Positions 46,739 through 64,000 of a stretch of DNA of 64,000 nt are shown here, piece after piece; the first letter of the stretch is position 1; every line of letters begins with the position of its first letter. The position numbers and the translations under genes were made by a program. The DNA lies in NCBI RefSeq assembly GCF_009914755.1, contig NC_060934.1; one strand, 5' to 3'. The notes under the pieces were generated by a model. The model was not told the DNA's origin. It saw only the letters and a program-made list of their open reading frames with translations, and searched no databases. Source of the DNA: the human T2T-CHM13v2.0 reference genome, Homo sapiens.

Positions 46739-49639
46739 TCAAAGCAAAGGCGGTTATTTAACAATCCTAGCACAGAATACCAAGTACTGTGCTTTCTTGA
46801 TTTAAAAAGAAGCTGAAGGAGGCAAGAAAGGTATGGAAGAATCACCTAAATTCTAAATTGATAACTGTCATTAAGAATCGTGAGAAATGAAAACCATCAT
46901 CATCATCATGGTGAACACCTGTGAAGCAAATATTGACATATTCAGATCTGCAGGAGTATTCGGCAGTGTACAGCGTGGGTCTGTTACCATAATGGATTTG
47001 AGGGCTCCTCTAGGAGAGGCCAACTGGCCAGGGAGCCTGAACACCAGCCAGCCTGGTACCAATGGCCACGGGCAGGCGAGCTACCAGTTTGCCCATCCAC
47101 TAGGAAGCCTCAGCCTCTATGGCATCACAGAACCATGTAGAACTAACATTTATAGTGAGCATTTACTATATGCCAGGCACTGCTCCAAGCCCTCTGTGCT
47201 GCCGTAGCTAATTCATTTCTCCTAAGGGGCTCATAGTTCTCAGATGTTGTCTGGATGTCTCAAGAAGTTTCAGCTGGGAACATCAGTCTGCCCTTCCCAT
47301 CTCTGGTTGTGGCTGAATAGATATACATGTTCCTCAGAGAAATACCCAGAATTCCAAATATGGCGGCAATGAATCCTTACAAAACTCAAGTTGTATATCC
47401 GTCCGTTCACAAACTTCTTGAGACTTTTCAAAGATAAGCAGCACATGTGAAAATCAGCTGTTGTGACTCCTACCCAAGGTACCATCAATACACAAAGAGA
47501 CGCCATTCTTATGTTCTCCCCCTGCTTTTCAAATATTTCCATAGACTCAAATTTTCAAACTTGCGAGAGTTTTCCTTACCACAAAATGCAACATCTTGTA
47601 TCTTCAGGGTTTGAGGCTTTAGTATTTCTATCTGAATCCAAGTCATTCTCTACAGGTGTTTTGGACAAGGCACTCCAGTGAAACGAAATGAAAAAATAAA
47701 CAGTCAAGGCCTACTAACCTTAGCTATCATTTCAGGAATTTCAACTGACCTTCTGAGCCATGCCCTGGGCATTGCAAGTGTTTTTGGGTTAATCACATAA
47801 AAAACAAATACAGGCAGAGCATCTGCAAGCACATGAGTGATATAAGAAACTAGAGAATAAAGAAAATCATCTCGTAACCACTCCACTATAAAAACAGGAG
47901 GGCAGAGCAGCTGTCCACTTTGCAAAGCAGCGCCAGTGATTAGCCTGCCAACAGAGTTAAGAGATGCGAAGAGCACACTGGAGTGCCACGGTTTTCATGT
48001 CAGCCACTCAGTTCTATGCAAGCCATGACTGCAGGGTGGAGGTACTGCTGCTGAGTTCTAAAACGAGGTCGCTGCTCATCACTGACAGTCTTAGAAAGGA
48101 TCACTGGATGAAGGTTGGCCTCCTTCCTCCTTAACAGAGTACAAGCAGTGAGTTAAGATAGTTCTGGTCAGCCACTTTGCTGGGCTGCTGCAGTCATCGA
48201 CAACTACGAAGGTAGTTTCAGAGTCTAACAGCCTGGAGCTGGTGATGGGAAACTGATCCTCACTGTCGCAGGTAAAATGTCTGGCAGAAAAATGAATCTA
48301 CGGGCATCTGATCGACAGTGGAGAGTCTTTACTGTATGACAAAGACTCGCTTTCTGCTCTTGGTTGAGCCGTAGACTTGTAACAGGACCCAGACAACATG
48401 CTAGCGCGTCTCCCCTTAAGAGAGATAAGCACCTTCCATGCAGAATGTGTCTTCTGAAGGAGGAGGAGATATGGATGCTAAATCTTCCAGCGCAATGAGA
48501 ATTCCCTACCTAAATCCTGGATCCCTGGGTGCTACAACGGCATCGTTATGCTAAGAGCATGGGACACATAGGTATAAGCTCCTTGATTTTACTTGAGGTC
48601 CACAGACCCAAAAGGAGACCCTCCCTTCACCTCAAGCTCTCAAGGGTAACAGAAATGATTCTCTCTTTGCCTACGGGGAACCAGTCATGTGGCAGGTAAC
48701 TTAGGGATGTAGCCACGGGTCCCCACGTCACCAAGCCATGTAATCCAGCATTTATCCCTGCTGTAAATATTCAGTTCTTTGAGCCCCCGCTCAAATGTCA
48801 TGCCCATAAGCCCTTAATCACGGCTAGTGCCTGTCTCTGGACCCCATTCAAACTGTCAATGTCTTTCTTGTGCCTGGATCCAGATTTGGCACATGGAGTA
48901 TTCCAAATGGAGCTGAACCTGAACTGCACAGGGAGGGGACATCGCCTGACTCGGCTGACACATTAAATCTTGGCATATGCAGCTTGGCTCACTGCTCCCT
49001 TTTTTTAACCCCAGGGGATATGGTCAGCTCAAGTCTCTCACTGGGGCCATGGCATTCCATACAAGATCCCTCTTCAAGAGCACGTGCTCTCTGAATATTT
49101 ACTTCCTGGAGATGCACTACAAATATTAATAAGTTAACGTTTATAAAAATGTTTTTACAATGAGAAGCACAATTACCAAACAGGGTGTTTCTGTCCATCC
49201 AGAAATCTTGGTACTAGATCAATATTGCCCCATGCAGTGCTGTTAATATTTATTTTCTTACACCATTGCTCCAGTATTTGATTTATTGACCCAAATTTTA
49301 TGAGCTGTAGCATTTTCCAAATGGATGCTCTTAAATCCACCAACAGTGGGACTGCTGGACACTTTTGTAGGGGATATCCTACCATTGATTAGTGGTTGCT
49401 TAATAGCAAGCTAAGAAACTACAATAGTTAACTTTATAAAGATGGCAAACAAAAGCACAAAGTTTGGGGGTTTTTTTTCATTACTCTATTTCCATATGGA
49501 GATTCAGAATAAACCTAAAGAAACCACTCTTCCGACGTAATATATACAACGCGTGTTTCTAAATTCCTCAGATTTTCAGTGCTACAATTCTTTTGCCAGT
49601 TAGGCCAAATGCACATACACCGTCTTTGCTTTCAGAGAA

Positions 49640-50370
49640 GAGGGAATGTAAATACCCAATAAACATATGAAAAGATGCTTAACCTCATTAACGATCCGGG
49701 AAATGCAAATTAAAACAATAATGAGACACTGTTATTCACCAGCTGATTAACAAAAATTAGAAGGATCAATGTTATTCAGTACTTGGTGAATGTGTAGGGA
49801 AATAAAAGATTCCAATTGAGAATGGGAACATAAATTGAGAAAAACCTTTGTGTAAAATAACTTGCTGGTACCTATTAAAATTAGCAGCACACATTTTTTT
49901 TGATCTAGTTAATTCTACTTCTAGAAAGCTAGCCCACAGAAAATAGCACAATTACTTCAAGGCACATGAACAAAACTGCTGCTTCAAGCACTGCTTGTAA
50001 GAGCAAAAAACTGTCAAGGAGAGAGACATTAAGAATGCATAGTTCATCCTGTATGAACTGATGGAAAGTTCATTCAAACAGCGTAGTCTATAGTCATAAA
50101 AAGAATGAAGTATTATGTTCAGACCTGGTAAGGTATCATTAAACAGTTATTGATAAATGAAAAACAGTTAATTCATGATTCCAATTTATTTAAAAAAAAG
50201 AAAAAAGCAGACACATTTACCACCCTAAAGATGCATATAAAACTGAAAGTATAAGCCTGACTATAAACACAGCTAAAATCAGAAAGAAAATATACCAAAT
50301 TGTTAGCAATGTACTTTATATAATTAAGCAGTGGGATTATGGGTATTGCCTACTTTTTTCTTATTTCTAC
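49640..50370 (+). mobile_element. Degenerate old L1 fragment
   Basis: aaacatatgaaaagatgcttaacctcatt...gaaatgcaaattaaaacaataatgaga. Confidence 0.6.
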
Positions 50371-51243
50371 CTTTCAAACAAACAGAAATCTCAACACACA
50401 CAACAAAAAAGTATAATAAAACAGATCCTTAGATAATCATTCAATAGTAGCTACCCCCTGCAGAACCAATGGATCTGGCAAAACAAACACAAAAGCCAGT
50501 GAGAGAAGAAATTCTGCACCAACCAACACAAGCACGACTCTTTTTCTTTCCTGCTCATGGCCAAATCTTTGTGGAATTCATCATTATTTTTCATCTGCCA
50601 AGTAACAGAACAGGAGAGCATGGACTTCAAAACTATGTTCACTAAAGACTTTTTTAAAATAACATTTCAATATTGAAACAAAGCAGACTGAAGCAAAATG
50701 GCCTAAACTCCCAAGTATAATACAAGAAGCGGATTCCATGAACATTCCACACCCTATCCACACAAAGACACAAGGTGGCCCAGACAGGTTTTTCGGAATT
50801 CTTCTGTTACCTTCATTCCCCCAAAATGCCTATTAAATCCCAGGCTACCCTCAGGTGACAACTGGGAATGTAGATTTAGTTTGTTGACACCAAAACACCG
50901 CAGTGAAAGGTGAAGGGTGAAAGGTTAAAGACCCAGGCTGTCACCTGGATATTTACCTTCCACATTGCAAAAAAATCCAGACATTTCCAAATACTCAGGT
51001 GTTCGATAACAAGCAGAATAAACATGCAGAAGGTGATACAAAGTTTTATTCTGTGCCAGGTAGAACGCTGTGTCCATGTGATATCAGAAAGATATTCCCA
51101 AGCCTTTCTCCCGCCAGTATCAGCACCCAATTTTCCCAGGAAGACAGCAATCTCTTGTAATCCTGGCCTTCACAGAGGCACCCACCCCATGAACAGATCA
51201 GTTCATTCAACAGGTGAGTTGCCATTAAAATGCAAAAAATCTG

Positions 51244-51751
<508 letters not shown>

Positions 51752-52004
51752 TCAGGAGGTGTCCAGAGAACAGGGCCGGGCAATCTGATCCTCGGGACCA
51801 GTGGCAGAAACTCTTCCCTCTGCTCGGTAAACAACCACTGGATCTCTCCAGAGGAGGTGGGAAGTGAATTACAACAAGCCATGTTTTCTTAGAGGCCCGT
51901 TGCTTGTCGGTGCTCACAAAGGTGGCTGCGGCAGGACATCCACCGCCTGTTGAACTTAGCTCTTTAAAAATGTCACGATCTTCCCCATTTTTGCTTTTGC
52001 AAAA

Positions 52005-52862
<858 letters not shown>

Positions 52863-52874
52863 AACCTCATAACC

Positions 52875-53177
52875 AGCTGGGCACAGTGTCTCAAGCCTGT
52901 AATTCCAATACTTTGGGAGGTTGAGGTGGGAGGATCACTTGAGCTTACGTGTTCGAAGCCAGTCTGGGCAACCAAGTGAGACCCCGTCTCTACAAAAAAT
53001 TTAAAAATTAGCCAAATGTGGTGCCATGCACCTGTGGTCCTAGCTACACAGGAGGCTGAGGCAGGAGGATCACTTGAACCCAGGAGGTCAAGACTGCACT
53101 GAGCCATGTTCGTACCACTGCACTCCAGCCTGCGCAATATAGAGGGACTCTGTCTCAAAAACAAACAAATAAATAAC
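52875..53177 (+). mobile_element. AluJ-type element
   Basis: Full dimer. Confidence 0.88.
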
Positions 53178-54956
53178 CCACAGAGGTCTTGGAAGTTGAA
53201 AGAACAGCATCATATCCCCAACTTTGCTCTCAACTGTATACCATGGGCTAGATCTTTGCATGCTTTTGGGGAGCCATTACTTTCATTATGTTTCTCATTC
53301 AACAGCAACAGTGTTTTTACAAAACACGGAACTACATTTGAAGCAAGCAGTTTAGCAAGAGCATAAATTCTGGTGCAAAACCACGTAGGTCCAAATGGCA
53401 GCTGTGCCACCTATGAGGTAGGGGTAGGGCAAGCCCTCAAATGTAAAAGGGCAAAATAACAGTGTCTGCCTCTTTGGGCTGTGGAAGGACTGAGCAACTT
53501 GCTCCATGGGAGGCACCTGGTAAGTCACGACGCAGGGGAGCAGTCCATAAACGTTGGCTAATACAAACATATACCTGTGTCCTCATCAAAGACTGCTTGA
53601 TGTGGGATTAAAGCTGAAATGTCTTCACTGAAAAAAAATCTCCATAAAGTATAAACATGCTGATAAGTACATTAGTCATGATTTCTCCCCCTAAACATAC
53701 TTGTGGATTAAGCATAACATTTCATCAAAAAGTCTTTAAAATGACATCTAAGTAACTAACCTAGAAAATGTAAATCTAATTAACCTATGCTTCAAAACAA
53801 CCAGTTTAGTAGTGATTATAACAAAAGTTTTAAAAATCATCTTTTCTTAGATCTGAAATATACTTGGTTCATGCTCAATAATGCTTTACTCTCTGCTGAG
53901 GGGCTCCAGGGGAACCTGAACCCCTGTAATACCCAACGCTGAGGGCTTCTGTGCCAATTTCACAGTCACGTTGAATGAGCCCTCTGTCCTGCGATCTCTC
54001 TTGGTCTATGCAGGCACTTCGAAGTGGCATAAAAGATGGTTTTTAAGAACCCCCTATGCCTAAATAATTACCTACGAAGGAGGTGAGAATTGAGGTGGTC
54101 TATTAATTATCTCAGCCAGCTTCTTGCTTTTCTGCATTAAATTGCAATAACTGTCCTGAGCCCTGTGAAATATCTAGCCATGAAGGTAACCTCTTTATTA
54201 AAAAAAAAAAAAAAAAAATCTGTGCTGTTGTTTAAGAAGAGAAATGGCTGATGCTACACGATGGTGATACTATTAAATTATGGTTCTCAGAGCCTGAAGG
54301 GATCAGGATTATTCAGCCAATCTTCCCATTTTAAGGCAAGGGATTCTGGGGCACAGAGAGCTGAAAAAACTTGCCCATGGTCAAGACTGACGCAAAAGCC
54401 CAGGAATAAGTATGATTAGGGAGATAGAGTTATGATTCAAGTCCTTTACTATTATATCAATCACATATTAATAACATCCAGCAAGACTTTGCTCATGCAC
54501 TTTAAAAATAATAATTTGATTCTTAATCACCTAAGGATGGCTCAGCATGGGTTCTTTGATAAACAAGACTGAACTGCCGAATTCCAAATAGTTCTATTGG
54601 TCATTTGAATGAAAATGAGCTTTCTGTCACATTTCATAATTCTCTTTGACTTTGTTTTGCTTTTTTTGTCTTCCCTCCTCCCTTTATAGGCCGCACATGC
54701 ATGCCATTTCAAAACAAGCTGTAATGCAGGGGATGGCTGCCGAGGTGCCCAATCCATAAACGGGTAGAAAGAATGAGATGGACAGGCCACCAAAGCACAA
54801 TCATAGTTTATGGAATGAACAGAATTATAAAGGAAAAAGAAAAATTGCAGAAATAACACACATTTGTTTGAAGAAGTTTTTCAGGTATTTGCTTTCTGGA
54901 AAAATGTATCTTGGAAAACTTGACATTTTGCTTCTTCATTAAATAAACTGGCAAAT

Positions 54957-55260
<304 letters not shown>

Positions 55261-55385
55261 GCAAAGTGGCAAATGGACAGGAGTCAGGAATGAATCAGTT
55301 AGATGTCAGGCCCTCTGAGTTTCAATTAGGTCTCTTTGCTTTTGAGGAAGTGCCGAGGAATGAAAATAACAATATAGTTCCCTGA

Positions 55386-55707
<322 letters not shown>

Positions 55708-56257
55708 AGAGGCACATTTCTTTAAGTCTACGTAGGTAACGAAGAAAATATCAGAGAGAAAACCCAACACCAGGGACCATTCTCCCCAAAGTCTGCCTTG
55801 GTCAGGCCCCAACAAGGACTCTCTGAGGCAAACGCAGGCCATAGCCAGCCAAGGAGCTCCCCATGGGGGAGGCCCACAGGTGGGAATGAGCCTCTTTGAG
55901 CTCCAGTGACTCCAGGACCTGGGGTTGGCTTAACACATCATTAGCGAAGATGATGCCTTAGGTAACTGAAGGAACCTTCCCAGGAGATGAGAAATGTGTC
56001 TTTCCTTTTCAAGTCCCGGAAGCCCTTGGGACTCAGTGGAATTTCTAAGAGTTTCTGGCATCTCCAAAATGAACGTTCAATGCCACTGCTGTTGTGAAAA
56101 GCCCTTGATCAACCTAGGCTGACCACCTCTGCAACTAGCGGGCCAACCTCCCAGGCCGCCCCACCCTACAGCCATAGCCTTTCTCCACCAGAGAACCAGA
56201 AAGGAGAGGACCACGCCAGCACACTGCATCCAAATGTGTGGCCCTCTGCCGCTTTTG

Positions 56258-56288
<31 letters not shown>

Positions 56289-57489
56289 GGTAAAGCAAAA
56301 TATATTTTAGGTTTTTGTCCCACACACTGAAATTCCATTTCCTTTTCCCTCCAGAAACGGCTCAGCGTGATACAACAAAATCACTTTGGTCATCTGCACT
56401 CCACAGGGGCAGGCTAAAGGCTTTCTGCTGGGAGTCCTCATTTTGCTTTTAGAACATAGGTGCTCTTCATCTAGCGAAATGTTGGAATCAATAATTAACA
56501 CTGAACTGCACCTGTTAAAAATCAGGCAGCATTTTCTCATTAGGCCCTCTTAGTCTCTTAGCATATTTGTAATCACTAATTCAGATTTGCAAAAAGCTCC
56601 TTCCCCATAATAATGATGTCGGTTCCATTTATTTTGAGCCCAGGGGTCTCTGGAGCCTCATCAGCTCCTCTTTGTACTTATTTACAAGGCTGTCTTAATT
56701 GACAAAATTAGTTAACCACCAGGATTTTGACCACCATTCTCACACTCAGATTGTATTTAAATAAATCATTGGAACTGCATCAATTATGTGAGTTTCAGAA
56801 AGCATTTGGTGGTTAAAAACAATCCCAGGGGCCGTGATTTTAGTGGCTTAACTCTTCCTTTCTAACCAGCATCCCCCCATGAAATCCTTAACTTTTTTTT
56901 TTCAAAAAGATTTCTTTTAAAAGGGCCAACCTTTGAATCTCATCGTATCTGGTCTAAGGACTGAACTAAGAACAGAAGGACAAATCACCCCCTGCCTCCT
57001 GCTTCCACCACCAAGTAGGAGTTGTGGGAAACAACCAAAGTATTTCTACTTTCAAGCTTCAACAGTACCCACCTGCTAGCAGATCTGCCTCATAACTGTT
57101 TCACATGTTCACTGCCCACCATGCGTTCTTAGAAACTTACTCATAGGCTGTCCCCATTTTCCTCTGAATTTTGGCCTCTAGATGTTAATTTCTAAGTGTT
57201 AAAACAAAAAGGCAAAAACTTTTGCAGAAGAAAATAATCCTTTAAAGATGAATAACTGTCTAAGAAATTTCAGAAAAGGGTTGCAGGGCATTTTTAGGTG
57301 GAAAGGAGGCTCATTTACCTACAGCAATGATGGAGCTAAAGTGATGCTGGTGTGTTAAAGACACGTGAGACACAGTCCTGGACACCCCACTGCTGCTACT
57401 GAGGAATCCTCCCTACCTGGCTGTAAAGGACCTGAGGTCTGAGCTAAAGAGCGTCTTCTATTCCTCCCACCATGCAGTTTTCCCAGATG

Positions 57490-57994
57490 GGTTCCGGTGA
57501 TCCCCTTGTCTCCTGGCATTCAGGTCCTTGGGCAACCTCCTCCCTAGTGTCTTGCTTAATAATGGAAAAAAGCAAAAGTGGTGGCTGTCCCTTCCAACAC
57601 TAGGTTACAAAAGGCTCTGACTTCTGCGATCCTGCTCTCTCTCTCTCTGGCTCCTCCTTTGCTCAACCTGATGACAGCAGCTGCCCTATGAAGAGGCCCG
57701 TGTGGCATGGAACAGTGGGCAGCCCCCAGCCAACAGTCAGTGAGGAACTGAGGCCCTCTGCAAGGAAGTGAATCCTAACAGCAACCACATGAGCAGTTCC
57801 TTCCCCAATTAACCCTTCCAATGAGACCTCAGCCTCAACCCTTCCTTGCTTACAGTCCTGTGAGACAGCTGGAGATGGAAGACCCAGCTAAGCCACACCT
57901 TCATTCCTGATCCAGGCAACAATGAGGTAATAAATGTTGCTTAAAGCTACCATACCTTGGGGCAATTTATTATGCAGCAACAGGTAACTAATAT
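57490..57994 (+). mobile_element. MLT1-family MaLR LTR relic
   Basis: gaggaactgaggccct, gacccagctaagcc, taataaatgttgcttaaagc...gcaatttattatgcagcaa...taactaata; 5' boundary uncertain. Confidence 0.65.
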
Positions 57995-58947
57995 GCCCAC
58001 TTATGTTCCAAATGCATCAGAGAATTTCATCATAAGGTTTCCTTCAGTCCTTTTCATATGCTCAATTATTACAGTTCTCTCCTTCCATACTAAATAATTT
58101 GGAAATTCCATCTCTCTCTTTCTGAGACATCTTTCCTTCCAACTCAGACCTGAATCCTTTCCTGACCTCCTTTCTCCTTATTCTTCCAAACGCCAATCCA
58201 ATATCACCTTTCCATGTACATCCATGGGATGCAACATGTTCCTGCAACTTCAACCAAACCTGTGTCCCTCCCATTGCCAGAGTTCTCCTCTGCCTCTCCT
58301 GCTGGACTGGACTAAGAGCCCCTTGGAGCTGGGGCCATGCCTCACCCTCTCATCTCCCCAGAGCCCAGGAGTGTGCCTGGCACACAGGGTGCTCAATCAA
58401 TGTCTGCTAAGTGGATGAACAAAGGCTAGAGGAGCATGCGCGGGCATCTGCAGGGAGACAGCTGCCAATTTCAAACTCCCTAGGGAGTGATGAGACTAAA
58501 ATTTCATGGCATTGTGTGACGTGCTCTCAAGAATCCTTCAAGGAGGACAGCAGATTGCCACTGTCATCTCCACGCACTCTCCCTTAATGCATCATATTTC
58601 ATACTCCAGTCTCTAATCCAAGTCCCCTCACTATTCATGCAATCCTGCTCTGACAGGGAAACTATACTGACGCTTCTCAAACTCCACACCCGTTTTAGTT
58701 TTATACACTATAAAGCATATAGAAAACAGACTCTCAACTTTCGACCCTTCTGTTATTAAACTCTCCTCATATGAAGAACAACACAAACGGGAATTGTACT
58801 TTAAAATTACACGCAAGTCCGGGGTAATATTTTTTTTTAATATCAAACCCTGACATGGGCAATTGTGACAATTATTGATTCTTGTTAAAGTATTCCTTCT
58901 AATTCCTGCTAACTTTTGAGCACTTCAAAAAATAAACAAAAATGTAG

Positions 58948-59544
<597 letters not shown>

Positions 59545-60339
59545 TCATTTCGCTTTGCATGTAAATGCTAGGCTATTTTTTAAATCTTTGGGTAATATTT
59601 ACATTTGGAAAATATTTTCAGAAGTCTAATCCAGCTGGCTGAGCAGAAGGTCCCAGAGAGGGATGGTTCATGTCTACCAACAGGAAGAAAAAAAAAAAAG
59701 TGTTTGAGGCCCCTTCTCTCTCTTGTTCTTGATGCCAGAAAATAATTTCATGCCAAATCATGTTTTAAAATGCTATTTTATAAACATATGAACAACATAT
59801 ACAACTGCGACAGCTCAGTCCTCCAAAAATAGATCATTTTGGATTGCCACACCTATTAAATGATCACATATACACACTAGTAAAAGCAAGTTGTTCTCAA
59901 AAGCCCTATCAACTTATCCATTGGAGCCTTACTTTAAGGGCAATCAATAGTATAAATTGTCATTCTAATATAATAAAATAACCCAGAGAGTCATTCGTAC
60001 ATTTCTCAGAACTTATATACAAACAAACAAACAAAAAAAAAACTGTATCACTAAATACATACTAACTTTTTTAATTAAAAAAAAAATTTCTTTCCAATGG
60101 TGGTTATGAATGCCATAACCCTACCACCCCACCTAATGATAACTTAAGAGGAGGCTACCAATTAAATGATATGTTAAAGTTATGCCCTCCAAATGTCCCC
60201 GAAAGTCATAAATACAAGTGATTTTTTAAAGTCAAGAAAAAAGTTTTAAATCACAAAGTAAAGTATATTTTTTCTAAATAAAAGCCACAACATCAAGCCA
60301 GAATACCACTGTAAATTCTTCATGTCTGCTAATAATGGC

Positions 60340-60600
60340 GAATGACTACTACCGACTGAAAGCTTCTACTTTGCCAAGCACTGCTCAAAGAGTTTTTACA
60401 TGTCAACACATTAATCTTCACAATGCTTCAACAAGAAAGGCACTATCATAATCTTGGCTTCCAAGTGAGGAAACTGAGGCACAGAGCAGTTAAGTAACCT
60501 GCCAAAAGCCACAAAGCTTGGAAGAGGTGCAGCCAAGATTTGAACCACATCAGTCTGATGCCAGAGCCCACTATCTTCAACCCTACTCTCCACTGCTAAG
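60340..60600 (-). mobile_element. MIR element
   Basis: Core gaggaaactgaggcacagagcagttaagtaacctgcc...gatttgaacc. Confidence 0.75.
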
Positions 60601-62065
60601 AAGATGCAGCTTCTCCACGAGGTTGGAATCCGTACCTTCCACCAATCTGATGTTTAAGGCTGAAGTCCGGGAAAGCCAGCCTGGGTCAAGGCACACGTCC
60701 TCCTTTTTTCCTGTCCAGAACCTCTACTGTACAGCAATTTAACTATTCACATATATGTTTCTGTCTTAGCAAAGTAGTAACCAAAATCCCTGTATTCCTC
60801 TGAAACAGCCACCAACAGGGACTTGAACATTGTAGAAGGCTAATTCATAACTATGCTTATTTCTGATGAAGGCTAGACTGAACAACAGCACACACAGTTC
60901 ACAAACCCAAGGCAAAATGGCCCTAGGCAGGGGCTTTGTCTCTGATGCATATTTAGAAGTCTCCTCTATTCTACGGGTGTAGAGCACGTCCCTGGGGGAT
61001 AAGGATCCCCTTCACTTAGCAGCCAGACTCAGGGTACAATCAGGAATTGAAATCGCTGCATCCAAACACCTACCCCAATTAGCCTTCACGCTTGCTCTTG
61101 AAACCTGTTGTCAAAGGTAGAGCTGAGATTTCTTTACAAGGCCATGCTGTATCTTTATCCCTGTGCTTATCTAAGTGTCAAAGTGATGGGATTTAGGTGC
61201 ACCCATATGATGCTGAAACAGTGGGAAGAGGGGCAAAACTATCGAAGCCAGGAGAGAAGAAGAGGAAGGAGGAGAAAGAAGGAACAGGGGCTGAATTCCT
61301 TCCTTTGAATCCAGTTGCATTTGCAACCTGGGTAGACATTTGGCTCTGGGTGTTGAATGCCCATAAACGCACCTATTCTTTTGAGGGTTCACCAGGGAGT
61401 ACTTGATTCCCATTCATCCCAAGACTCTCAGGGCCTGGCATATACTGAAACAATTTCAATAAACTTTCATTTTAAAAGCTTCTACTTAGAAAAATCCATC
61501 CACAGCCACAGCCACTAAAAAGAAACCATTGAGAGCACAAAACAAATAATGAGCTTTGTCACTACACAAAGACGTTTACAAATCTAACCTAAATGAAAAG
61601 CATACCTCATGCTGTCAGGTGTCTGCACTCATGTCATTTGTTTAAGTAAACACAATAGCCTATTCATATGAATTAGCTAAATATTAATGCAGTAACTCTT
61701 TCAGATAACATCAATTACTGCTGAGCTGATCCTGTGGAATGTCTTTTCTTTTTTACATAAAAGAAATCAACAGATATGTGCTTACATACCATTAGGCATG
61801 ATTTTTATGTTCCCTAAAAAAAAAGTGGGATTTAGCTGAAGGAACTAGGAATGTTGTTCTTTTCTGCCCTCACTGGGCCAAGCCATGGGTGAGTCTGTAA
61901 CAGCCCAGGGACCGGCCCAGACCACGCGCACCTATGCAGGCCTGACCTGTGGCAACAGCCCATGGGCAACCCGCACCTTTGTCTTGGTGCCTCGGGAGTG
62001 ATTTAAGGACTAAGGTGAAATAATGTTGCTGGAATTTCTGGCAGGTAGCCACTTCCCTCGGGTGA

Positions 62066-62677
<612 letters not shown>

Positions 62678-63098
62678 GGAACTCTTTTATAATTTTACAA
62701 TAGCTCTTCCTAAAATACACTAGCTTTATGTGAACCTTGAATCTGTAAGATCTAGAAAAATAATAATACTATAAGATAGCCCTACTGTGTTTCCTTCATC
62801 AGCAGCCTTGTGTCCTCTGTATGTTTTTGCAGTTGGAAAGGACACACATGGAAATGCCAGGGCCTCCCAAGAACTGCAAAACAGCTGGAGACAAACACCA
62901 TCCAGGCACTTAGAACGGGCTCCTCTACCTAAGGAAGCCCCTTTTATACCAAGGCTCGTGAACAGCTTTAACAACTCTCATTTGGAGAAGGAACTCATGT
63001 ACCAAATTAAAGATCTACTGAAGCAGAGATCAGCCTTGTCCATAGTAGATGCTTAACAGGGATGTTTACTCAACAATCTTATCTAAAATGAATCTGCA

Positions 63099-63411
<313 letters not shown>

Positions 63412-64000
63412 TGAATCTGCAAGCTAAGGACACATGAGTTTCCCTGAACTTTATATACCTTAGAGGTGTATGAAGAGCGGGCTTAAAGTCAGCTAATAGA
63501 GACGTGTGGTATAAACTTCCAATGGCATTCAAAATGAATGACACTAATCCACCTGTAAAGGAAACAAATTAACCTCGATGAGAGGTATGGTTCCTTTGGC
63601 TCTGACATTCTTAGACCTTCTGATGTAATAGGTACCACAAGAATGATGTTCTCCTAATCATCAAATACTAAGAATGAGCTGGTTAAAGAACAGTCAGACC
63701 TAGCCACAATCAATCAATCCCATCCCATCAATTAAATCCCATCACCAGCATATAGCATACCTACTCATTATCATTTTCTACACTGTAACAGTCATTGCAC
63801 ATTAGTAATAATATTAAGTAGAATTTTACTTTAAGACAACAGAAGTCTTTTAAGATGCAATGAGTTAAAGAGAGATTTATAAACCCACAGAAACTTCCTT
63901 CAAAGGACTCCAACACAGCCTTTATTATTCCCACCCTAGAGCCAAGTTATTCTTTCTCAGGGCCCCTTCTTTGTGATAGATGTGTGCTTCCAACATTAGT

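Overview
Human (primate) genomic DNA covering the middle of the FGFR2 gene on the minus strand. Ten coding exons can be placed to the base from their splice sites and translations. They run from the IgII exons (59299-59468, 46606-46729) through IgIIIa (28012-28202), the mutually exclusive IIIb (26715-26862) and IIIc (25352-25496) exons, the transmembrane exon (23150-23352) and the juxtamembrane exon to the first three kinase exons (ending at 4567). The 5' and 3' ends of the gene lie outside the window. The rest is intron containing about 24 Alu elements plus L1, L2, MIR, MER2, MER58A, MER5-like and MLT1 relics. The most striking content is RNA-level: the IIIb/IIIc switch (long-range IAS2-ISAR stem, RBFOX, ESRP, hnRNP A1 and TIA-1 sites, a G branch point), a non-canonical GA 5' splice site controlling the Val-Thr insert, and intronic exits that would make secreted receptors. 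Most of this is already described in the FGFR2 literature. I found no convincing wholly new biological system. The best possibly undescribed feature is a ~169-bp, ~89% identical direct repeat bracketing the transmembrane exon. Exon numbers count IIIb as 8 and IIIc as 9. Repeat family names and boundaries are by eye and approximate.
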